A DNA stretch of 64,000 nucleotides from Bacteroidales bacterium. Its GTDB lineage: Bacteria; Bacteroidota; Bacteroidia; Bacteroidales; UBA932. A program made the position numbers and the translations under genes. Below, in pieces: positions 39,545-47,142 of the stretch. Below the pieces are notes generated by a model, which saw only the letters and a program-made list of their open reading frames with translations, ran no database searches and was not told the origin of the DNA. The stretch spans positions 4,672 through 68,671 of the forward strand of contig JAGAAY010000020.1 of the NCBI GenBank assembly GCA_017615065.1. The letters run 5' to 3'. Position 1 is the stretch's first letter; the number at the start of each line of letters is the position of its first letter.

Positions 39545-40933
39545 ATGAAAAAACTCTTTTTGACATTTGTTGCCCTTCTGGCATGCGGTCTTGTGCTTAC
39601 GGTATCGGCCCAGGAGGAAAAAGAAATGAAAACCGGCTGGAGCTTCGGCGTTCTTCCTACGGCCACTTATTCCGTGGATAACGGCTTCCAGGCAGGTGCT
39701 TTCGGTGACATTTACTATTACGGCGACGGCAAAACATACCCGGATCCCATCCACAAAATCAGTTGGGAAGGTTCATATTTCACCCACAGCCACCGTATGC
39801 GCCTGTATCTTGCATACGACTCCAAGTATCTGATTCCCAACATGCGCGTGAACGCGTCCGTAACTTATATGACAGACCCTCTGTACAGCATGTGGGGCTT
39901 CAACGGTGCGGCTGCAACGCAGAACTATGATGTATGGGGAAACAGGGACATGTACGTTCCCCTTACCAAGGATAACGTAAACTACTACGGCATGAGCCGT
40001 GAGATGCTCCGCATCCTTGCCAATTTCCAGGGCCGCATCACCGACAACCTCAACTGGGCTGCCGGCGTGAACTTCTGGAACTGGAAACTCGGCCCGATGA
40101 AGGATGTCGGTGTGGAAGTCGATGGCAACAAGCAGTATTATAACACCGATGCCACCCTGTACAACTTCCTCACCAACGCCGGAGTAATCTCCGATGAGGA
40201 AAAGGACGGAAGCATGGCCCTGGAACTCAATGCCGGCGTTGTGTACGACACACGTGACATCGAGGCTGCCCCCAACAAGGGTATCTGGGCAGAGGCCTAC
40301 CTGAACGGAAATGTAATCGGCCAGCAGTATCTGAAGGCCTGCGCATACTTCCGCCAGTACATCTCCATCCCCATCCACCTGCCTGCAGGTGATCCCGTGT
40401 TCGCATACCGTCTTGCATGGCAGCACACCATTGCTGGTGAAACCCCTCTGGCAATGATCCAGAACAACCCTCTGCTGGTCCAGCGCAACATGATTTCCGA
40501 AGGTTTCGGCTCCTCCAACACCATCCGCGGTCTCCGCGAAAACCGCGTCCTGGCAGAAGGTATGGCATGGGCCAACACCGAACTGCGTATCAAGCTCGTG
40601 AAGTTCACCCTCGCGAATCAGTACTTCTATATCGCAGTGAACCCGTTCTTCGATGCCGGTATCATCACCAAGCCTTATAAGGCCGATGCACTTGCCCAGC
40701 TTGACACCGATGGAGACGGAAAGATTTACGACCCCCTGTTCAACACCCTTACCGGAACCACGGATCCTATCTACGACGCATCCAAGGTGAACTACCTTGT
40801 ATACAGCGGCGGTGCGGGTCTTAAGATCGCGATGAACCAGAACTTCATCGTTTCTGCCGACTTCGCCAAGTGCTTCACCGAAGGCATGGACGCCGGCCTG
40901 TGGATCGGTATCGGTATCAACTATCAGTTCTAA
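39545..40933 (+). CDS. Omp85/BamA-like surface-antigen beta-barrel protein (no POTRA domains)
   Basis: Signal peptide; YDTRD...PNKG, IRG motif, PFFDAG, GLKIAMNQNF, C-terminal YQF. Confidence 0.8.
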   Translation: MKKLFLTFVALLACGLVLTVSAQEEKEMKTGWSFGVLPTATYSVDNGFQAGAFGDIYYYGDGKTYPDPIHKISWEGSYFTHSHRMRLYLAYDSKYLIPNMRVNASVTYMTDPLYSMWGFNGAAATQNYDVWGNRDMYVPLTKDNVNYYGMSREMLRILANFQGRITDNLNWAAGVNFWNWKLGPMKDVGVEVDGNKQYYNTDATLYNFLTNAGVISDEEKDGSMALELNAGVVYDTRDIEAAPNKGIWAEAYLNGNVIGQQYLKACAYFRQYISIPIHLPAGDPVFAYRLAWQHTIAGETPLAMIQNNPLLVQRNMISEGFGSSNTIRGLRENRVLAEGMAWANTELRIKLVKFTLANQYFYIAVNPFFDAGIITKPYKADALAQLDTDGDGKIYDPLFNTLTGTTDPIYDASKVNYLVYSGGAGLKIAMNQNFIVSADFAKCFTEGMDAGLWIGIGINYQF

Positions 40934-40939
40934 AAAATC

Positions 40940-41045
40940 CTGGCGGGTAAATCGCTGAGACATAGCGCGTTATATGTTTCCCGGTGCAAATTTTTTTGCA
41001 CCGGGAAACTAGTATCTGGCTGTGCAGCAGGCACTTAGCCGCCAG
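40940..41045. repeat. 106-bp composite palindromic element, copy 5 (3' flank of the RAYT-like gene)
   Basis: ctggcgggtaa...gtttcccggtgcaaa-tttt-tttgcaccgggaaac...ttagccgccag; ends 1 bp from the transposase stop. Confidence 0.95.
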
Positions 41046-41046
41046 G

Positions 41047-41961
41047 CTAAAGATCCAGTACTCGGCGTATCAAGTTGTATTTGGCGCCTGTCATGCGGGC
41101 AAGGGTATCGGCAATCTTCTTTTTCCTGGCGGGACTGGCCACTAATACGCTTTTGGGATTATCGGCATAGCTGGATTTCGCTATTATCGACAGCATGTCA
41201 CGATAGTAGATGTGTGATACGTCATCGAAATCCTCTTTTATATCGTATTCGCTGCCCGTGTTGGAGTTGATTGCGATAATCATGTCTTCGTAGCTCTTAT
41301 AGTAGCTGAGAAGAACCTCCTTATTAATCGGCAGGTAAGAGCTGATAATCGCATCCTTCATTTGGAGGGATTCTTTCTCGTTTAATCCATCGAACAGTTT
41401 TCGAATGTATGTATATGACAGGGGAACGTTCTTGCTGCTAAGGCTTTTGAGCATGGCAATGCCCCGACGCATTGCTTTTGTGGCCTTTTCCAGGTCGATC
41501 TTTTCAGAAAACGGATGGTCCGACTTGAGGTATGCCAGAAGCATCCACCTGTCCTGTTCCGGGCGCGGGTACAAACGCTTTTCCACGGAATTATTAAAGG
41601 TATACGCTATGGATGTACGGACGGTTTTTTCTCCATGCTTTGGACTGTTTCCATACGCTTTTTTGAACAGGGCACCTTTGCGGCCACAGTCGCGGTTGAA
41701 AGCCAGCGCATATTTCGACGCAAGTTCCGCATTGAACTTTGCCATAACGTCCAATGTCGGATCCTCCATCAAGTAGTGTGTATGATTGTACATAAGGGCC
41801 AGGGTAAGAGCCACTATATTGTACTTGACTGAAAGAACCTTGAACAAAGTGAGATATACAATGCGGTCCTCGTCGGAATAGAACATCAGAATACCCCGCA
41901 TGGTATTCTGGTAGATGTGTTGACATCCGGAATCGGTCGTTTTTCGTTTTATACCTCGCAT
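41047..41961 (-). mobile_element. HUH/Y1 tyrosine transposase, REP-associated (RAYT/TnpA-REP-like), with long C-terminal extension
   Basis: HIYQNT...MFYSDEDR..YL, LMYNHTHYL (HUH), YALAFN...RKGALF, AYTFNNS (catalytic-Tyr helix). Flanked on both sides by 106-bp elements; visibly more AT-rich than its neighbours. Confidence 0.8.
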
Positions 41962-42117
41962 AGCAAATGCATATTTGAGGTACAATTATATTACATTTTT
42001 CCGCTTATTTTTCAAGCGGCGGCCATAGCACATGCAGATTTTTCTGTTTTTTATGTCTTTTTCTGTTTTTTAATATGTTTTCTTTATTTTGTTAAGAAAA
42101 ATGCGTGCTTCTTTTTC

Positions 42118-42223
42118 CTGGCGGACAACTTGTTGTGGTATAACAAGATACGTGTTTCCCGGTGCAAATATTTTTGCACCGGGAAACAAGGAACTCGCTG
42201 TGCTACAGATACTTGGCCGCCAG
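42118..42223. repeat. 106-bp composite palindromic element, copy 6 (5' flank of the RAYT-like gene)
   Basis: ctggcggacaa...tgtttcccggtgcaaa-tatt-tttgcaccgggaaaca...ttggccgccag. Confidence 0.95.
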
Positions 42224-42228
42224 ACAAA

Positions 42229-43032
42229 CTACAGCATATAGGGCTTGCAGGGGACGCGGTCCGGGCGGCCGAGGGAGGCCCACATGGTGGAGCCTTCGAA
42301 GATCATGGCGCAGGAGGTGCTGCTGCGCAAAATCGGCGCGCCGGAGCAGGAAATGTAGCGGATGAAGAAGGTGTGGTCCCAGTCACGCATGGGAACGGAA
42401 GTCGAAGCCAGTATGGACATGGCTTTCTCGTAGCGGTCTACGCCTTTGCGGTCGGAGGGGCGGCCCGTCCAGGTGAAGTTGGTTACCACACGGTAGCCCA
42501 GCGGATCTTCGTTCACGTCGAACTTCACCCAGGAAAAATTGTTCACCTCATAGTAGGCCGCATCGCCATAGGCATCGATAACGCCGAAGTTGGTTTCAAC
42601 GCACATCGGCCTAGAGAGCGTGTCCAGGAAGTATTCGAAATCGGCAAGAGAGGCACATACGGACAGGGCATTGAACATCACTACGCCCTCCTTGTCCATA
42701 TCGGCAGCCGGGACATCATCGTCCTTCAAATCATACGTTGCGGTGTTCATGATGGCGAAACCGGCTTCGTTCATTCCGCCCCAGACCTCAGGTGTGCCTA
42801 AAGGAACGTGAGCCACGGGATGCCGGTGCCAGTTGGAGTTCACAACGCCCATGAGGCGGTAGCGCGAACCCTGGAAATACTCCACGGAAACGTCCTTGCA
42901 GGAAGAGTCGCGATGCTTGAACATCACCGCCTTCCCGTCGCGGGTGTACTTGCCGCTCACTATCACGGAAGTGCAGGCGAACCCGGGCAGGGTCCACAGC
43001 AAAAGCAGCAGTATAACCAGGCGTTTGAGCAT
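42229..43032 (-). CDS. Ntn-hydrolase (C45/AAT-like) secreted protein
   Basis: Signal peptide followed by CTSVIVSG (N-terminal Cys nucleophile), KHRD, GMNEAGFAIMN, NFGVID. Confidence 0.8.
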   Translation of the reverse strand: MLKRLVILLLLLWTLPGFACTSVIVSGKYTRDGKAVMFKHRDSSCKDVSVEYFQGSRYRLMGVVNSNWHRHPVAHVPLGTPEVWGGMNEAGFAIMNTATYDLKDDDVPAADMDKEGVVMFNALSVCASLADFEYFLDTLSRPMCVETNFGVIDAYGDAAYYEVNNFSWVKFDVNEDPLGYRVVTNFTWTGRPSDRKGVDRYEKAMSILASTSVPMRDWDHTFFIRYISCSGAPILRSSTSCAMIFEGSTMWASLGRPDRVPCKPYML

Positions 43033-43036
43033 GAGA

Positions 43037-44017
43037 TTATCTGTCGGACACCGACATAAGCAGCTGATACTGCTGGTTTATGGCCGATGAAAGCGCGCCC
43101 CCGCTGAAGGTATCGGTAAGAGTTCCGCCCTCATAAGCCACCGAAATGGCCTTAATCCCGCCGCAGAGCAGGCGCAGTTCCCGAATCGAAGGGTAAACCG
43201 TAAAGATATCATCCTCGTCGATGGCCTGCTTGAGCACCAGCGTGGAGCCGTTTGCCAGCGTAAAAGTGATCTGAGAGTCGATGGCGATGTGATGCTTCCC
43301 CTGCGAGCCAATCTGGATGTTCAGGTCGAAATCCTCCTTGTTGGTATTCTTGTAATAGAGGTGCGTAAGCTTCACATTGTAAGCGTAATTCGCCCCTCGG
43401 GCCGTAATCGGCTTTGCGGTAGTGAGGATGTTGTTGCGGTTGTTCGCCCTGGCGCCCAGCTCGGCCTTGAGATTGATTGTCGATGCCGATGCCTTGTCGA
43501 TGGCGTCCATGTGGCGGCGGAAAAGCGCCGCGAGCTCATCGGCCTTGAAGTTCATCTGGATGTAATCCTCAGGATTCCAGCCGGTTACGACGTCGATGGA
43601 GCTGATTCCGCGGCTGATTTTTTTCATATCGGCCTCTTCCAGCGCATATTTGGTGCGGTTCCAGTATACCTTGTTGTTGCCGCGCATGATGGACCTTTTG
43701 GTGGAGCTTTCCTGGCCGATCTGGTCGGCGCGCACCATGGCTCCCGAGGGAAGGTTGAAAGCTATTTTCACGCCCTTGGGGACATTGGTCGATGTCTTCT
43801 GCTCGAAATTCAGATACAGGAGATATATGCTGGAGCCGTCGCTGTAGCCAACCTTTTCCACCCTGATCCAGATGGGGCATTCACCGCCGGTGAGCTCCTC
43901 ATAATCTGTGGAGATGTGAGTCTTGGAGCCGGAGCGGTAATTTGTACGGATATCCTGTGCGCCCATGATCAATGCCGATGCGGCGAAAAGCAGGATTGCG
44001 AGTATCGTTTTCTTCAT
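43037..44017 (-). CDS. Secreted hypothetical protein
   Basis: Signal peptide MKKTILAILLFAAS...AQ; long open frame with a -7 promoter on the minus strand at 44040-44047. Confidence 0.7.
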   Translation of the reverse strand: MKKTILAILLFAASALIMGAQDIRTNYRSGSKTHISTDYEELTGGECPIWIRVEKVGYSDGSSIYLLYLNFEQKTSTNVPKGVKIAFNLPSGAMVRADQIGQESSTKRSIMRGNNKVYWNRTKYALEEADMKKISRGISSIDVVTGWNPEDYIQMNFKADELAALFRRHMDAIDKASASTINLKAELGARANNRNNILTTAKPITARGANYAYNVKLTHLYYKNTNKEDFDLNIQIGSQGKHHIAIDSQITFTLANGSTLVLKQAIDEDDIFTVYPSIRELRLLCGGIKAISVAYEGGTLTDTFSGGALSSAINQQYQLLMSVSDR

Positions 44018-44109
44018 AGTGTCAATTTCAAACGCAGTGCAAATATACACATTCCGGGCCAAGTTTAAGAAAAATTGACTATATTTGAAAGCATTAAAAC
44101 TTGGAGCCT

Positions 44110-45483
44110 ATGACTTTCCTGATGATTATCGAGCTGCTGATAGTGCTTGCCGCCCTTTACGTGGGCTCGCGCTATGGCTCGCTCGCCCTGGGCGCAATCT
44201 CCGGCATCGGCCTGGCTATCCTGGTATTCGGCTTCGGCCTCAAGCCCGGAACGCCTCCCACCGACGTTATCTACATCATCATCGCCGCGGTCACATGCGC
44301 AGGCACTCTGCAGGCATCGGGCGGTATGGACTGGATGATACAGATTGCGGAAAAGATGCTGCGCAAACATCCTGCGCACATCACTTTCCTGGGCCCGCTG
44401 GTCACCTTCTTCCTCACCGTGCTTGTGGGAACCGGCCACGTGGTATACACCATAATGCCCATCATCTGCGACATCGCCCTTAAGAAGAATATCAGGCCGG
44501 AAAGGCCCTGCGGTGTGGCTTCCATCGCCTCGCAGGTGGGCATTACCTGTTCGCCCATCGCCGCCGCGGTAGTTGCGTTCGTGACCATTTCCAATGCAAA
44601 CGGCTACATGGTGTCCATTCCCCAGGTGCTGATGGTAACAATCCCCGCATGCGTTTGCGGCCTTATGTGCGCCGCCCTGGCTTCATACAAGAGAGGCAAG
44701 GATCTGGACAAGGATCCCGCATTCCTCAAGCGCAAGGCGGATCCGGAAATGTACGCATATATGTACGGCAACAGCGCCACAACCCTGGACAAGGTTATTA
44801 CCCGGCCCGCAAAAGCCTCGGTGTTCGTGTTTCTGGGCTCGCTGCTTGTAATCGTGGGCTTCGCGTTCTGCCAGATGATTCATGTCGGAGAGCAGTCGCT
44901 GGCCGATGCCATCAACCTGCCCAAGATGAACATCTGCATCCAGATCATCATGCTCATGGCAGCTGCAGCCAACATTATGTTCTGCAAGGCATCGCCCAAG
45001 AAAGCCGTGGCCGGCGCCGTATGGCAGAGCGGCATGGTGGCCGTGGTGGCAATCTACGGCATCGCCTGGCTGGCCGATACATACTTCGGCAACTACATGA
45101 GCGAGATGAAACTGATGCTGTCGGATTTGGTCACGCGCGCCCCCTGGACCATAGCGTTCGTGTTCTTCCTTGTTTCAGTGCTGATCAACTCCCAGGGTGC
45201 TGTTGTGGTGGCCATGCTGCCGCTTGCGTACGAGCTGGGCATCGCGGGCCCCGTGCTCCTTGGCGTGCTCCCCAGCGTTTACGGCTACTTCTTCATTCCC
45301 AACTACCCCTCCGACATCGCCACTGTTAACTTCGACCGGAGCGGCACCACCGTCATCGGCAAGTATCTCCTGAACCACAGCTTCATGATGCCGGGACTCA
45401 TAAGCGTAACCGTGTCCACAATCATCGGCTATTTGATCACCAACGTGCTCTTCCGCGGCTACTTCGCGAGCTTTATACTGTAA
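44110..45483 (+). CDS. Anaerobic C4-dicarboxylate transporter (DcuA/DcuB family)
   Basis: GTGHVVY, IRPERP, SPIAAA, NSQGA, YFFIPNYPSDIA, GKYLLNHSF. The start could be TTG 44101 or ATG 44110. Confidence 0.92.
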   Translation: MTFLMIIELLIVLAALYVGSRYGSLALGAISGIGLAILVFGFGLKPGTPPTDVIYIIIAAVTCAGTLQASGGMDWMIQIAEKMLRKHPAHITFLGPLVTFFLTVLVGTGHVVYTIMPIICDIALKKNIRPERPCGVASIASQVGITCSPIAAAVVAFVTISNANGYMVSIPQVLMVTIPACVCGLMCAALASYKRGKDLDKDPAFLKRKADPEMYAYMYGNSATTLDKVITRPAKASVFVFLGSLLVIVGFAFCQMIHVGEQSLADAINLPKMNICIQIIMLMAAAANIMFCKASPKKAVAGAVWQSGMVAVVAIYGIAWLADTYFGNYMSEMKLMLSDLVTRAPWTIAFVFFLVSVLINSQGAVVVAMLPLAYELGIAGPVLLGVLPSVYGYFFIPNYPSDIATVNFDRSGTTVIGKYLLNHSFMMPGLISVTVSTIIGYLITNVLFRGYFASFIL

Positions 45484-45486
45484 CTC

Positions 45487-45592
45487 CTGGCGGCCAAGTC
45501 GCTGACATGCAACGTTTTACATGTTTCCCGGTGCAAAAATTTTTGCACCGGGAAACAAGGAACACGCTGTGTAACAGTTACTTAGCCGCCAG
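45487..45592. repeat. 106-bp composite palindromic element, copy 7
   Basis: ctggcggccaa...tgtttcccggtgcaaa-aatt-tttgcaccgggaaaca...ttagccgccag. Confidence 0.95.
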
Positions 45593-45638
45593 CGAAAATA
45601 ATTCTGCTACAATCTCTTGCAATATCGAAAAAAAGCAG

Positions 45639-45646
45639 TACCTTTG
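45639..45646 (+). promoter_or_regulatory. -7 promoter element for the metK leader
   Basis: TACCTTTG, with TTGC about 20 bp upstream. Confidence 0.65.
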
Positions 45647-45662
45647 CGGTCACAATAATGCG

Positions 45663-45711
45663 AAGTGGAAAGATTTGGCCAGCTTGCAACCACTTAAAAA
45701 AATGCTAAAAT
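45663..45711 (+). ncRNA. SAM-II-class riboswitch
   Basis: P1 AAGTGG/CCACTT encloses GATTT...TTGC, followed by an A-rich linker and GCTAAAA; upstream of metK. Confidence 0.75.
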
Positions 45712-45736
45712 GCTTTCATATCAGTGTTTTGTGTTT

Positions 45737-45771
45737 TAGCCTCTCGCATATGCTGCCGGGGCTATTTTTTT
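45737..45771 (+). terminator. Leader terminator (riboswitch expression platform)
   Basis: tagcctc...ggggcta stem followed by T7, ending just before the metK ATG. Confidence 0.6.
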
Positions 45772-45778
45772 ATACTAT

Positions 45779-47020
45779 ATGGTAAAGAACTATCTTTTTA
45801 CGTCGGAATCGGTGTCTGAGGGACACCCCGACAAAGTTGCGGATCAGATCAGCGACGCCGTCCTGGATGCATTCCTGTCAAGGGATCCCGAGGCCAAGGT
45901 GGCATGTGAGAGTTTCTGCACCACCGGCATGGTGGTGGTGATGGGCGAGGTGCGTTCCGATATCCGCGTGGATGTGGAAACCATCGTCCGCGATACAATC
46001 CGCCACATCGGCTATACCAAGAGCGATTACAGGTTCGATGCCGATGGCTGCGGCGTGCTTTCAGCGCTTCACGGCCAGAGCGACGACATCAACCGCGGCG
46101 TGGTGCAGGAAGACCAGGGCGCCGGCGACCAGGGAATGATGTTCGGCTATGCCTGCCGCGAGACGGAAGACTATATGCCCCTGCCCCTGTACCTGAGCCA
46201 CAGGATTCTCAAGATCCTGGCCGATATCCGCCATAACGAGCCGGAGCTGATGCCTTATCTCCGTCCGGACGCCAAGAGCCAGTTCACTGTGGAATACGAC
46301 GGCACCACCCACAGGCCCGTGAAAGTGCATACCATCGTAATCAGCACCCAGCACGACGAGTTCGATGCCGATGAGGCCATGCAGAACAAGATCCGCGAGG
46401 ACGTGGAGAATATCCTCATCCCCCGTTTCAAGGCCGAACTTGCTCCTGAAACCGCAGCCCTCATCCACGACTACAAGCTCCTGGTGAACCCCACCGGCAA
46501 GTTCGTGATCGGCGGTCCCGACGGCGATACCGGTCTCACCGGCCGTAAGATCATTGTCGATACCTACGGCGGCCGCGGCGCACACGGCGGCGGCGCTTTC
46601 TCCGGAAAGGACCCGTCCAAGGTCGACCGCAGCGCAGCATACGCAGCCCGTCACATCGCCAAGAACATCGTGGCGGCAGGTGTGGCCGATGAATGCCTTG
46701 TGCAGCTGGCCTACGCTATCGGCGTGGCAAAGCCGGTGAGTGTCTATGTGGACACGAACGGATCGGCCCGTGTCAACCTGAGCGACAGCGAGATCGCCGA
46801 CAAGATCTGCGAGATCTTCGACCTGCGTCCCGCCGCCATCATCAAGCGTTTCGGCCTCAAGAATCCCATCTACAGCCCCACGGCCGCATATGGCCATATG
46901 GGCCGCACCCCCTACAAAGCGAAAGTCAAGGTGCTGGGTGTGGAGAAGGAAGTGCAGTTCTTCGGATGGGAACTCCTGGACATGGTGGAAACCGTAAAAA
47001 ATACTTTTGGAATAAAGTAG
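45779..47020 (+). CDS. metK: S-adenosylmethionine synthetase
   Basis: [39 protein letters not shown]. Confidence 0.98.
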   Translation: MVKNYLFTSESVSEGHPDKVADQISDAVLDAFLSRDPEAKVACESFCTTGMVVVMGEVRSDIRVDVETIVRDTIRHIGYTKSDYRFDADGCGVLSALHGQSDDINRGVVQEDQGAGDQGMMFGYACRETEDYMPLPLYLSHRILKILADIRHNEPELMPYLRPDAKSQFTVEYDGTTHRPVKVHTIVISTQHDEFDADEAMQNKIREDVENILIPRFKAELAPETAALIHDYKLLVNPTGKFVIGGPDGDTGLTGRKIIVDTYGGRGAHGGGAFSGKDPSKVDRSAAYAARHIAKNIVAAGVADECLVQLAYAIGVAKPVSVYVDTNGSARVNLSDSEIADKICEIFDLRPAAIIKRFGLKNPIYSPTAAYGHMGRTPYKAKVKVLGVEKEVQFFGWELLDMVETVKNTFGIK

Positions 47021-47026
47021 CATAAA

Positions 47027-47051
47027 AACCTCCCGAAAGGGAGGCTTTTTT
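47027..47051 (+). terminator. Intrinsic terminator
   Basis: cctccc-gaaa-gggagg followed by a T run. Confidence 0.85.
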
Positions 47052-47142
47052 GTTTTGTAATATCAAAAATTAGCAGTAACTTCGCACACGGAAAATTGAG
47101 ATATTTTACTGTATCAATATTTATTCATTTTTCTTAAACCCT

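Noticed and set aside
41047-41961. Classical IS200/IS605 element
   Set aside because: The protein is about twice the length of IS200 TnpA, there is no tnpB, and the flanking repeats also occur independently elsewhere.
15499-45592. 106-bp repeats as a CRISPR array (36-bp palindrome with variable flanks)
   Set aside because: The copies are dispersed singly, kilobases apart, not in tandem. The flanks carry a conserved dyad and IRs, and there are no cas genes.
15499-45592. 106-bp repeats as integron attC sites (ends resemble ...TAAC / GTT...)
   Set aside because: Poor fit to RYYYAAC/GTTRRRY, no integrase, and the adjacent genes are core genes (smpB, metK, thiN) in both orientations.
45507-45785. 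ORF 45507-45785 and other short ORFs containing CFPVQxFLHRET or MFPGAK
   Set aside because: These are translations of the repeat element and riboswitch leader, not genes.
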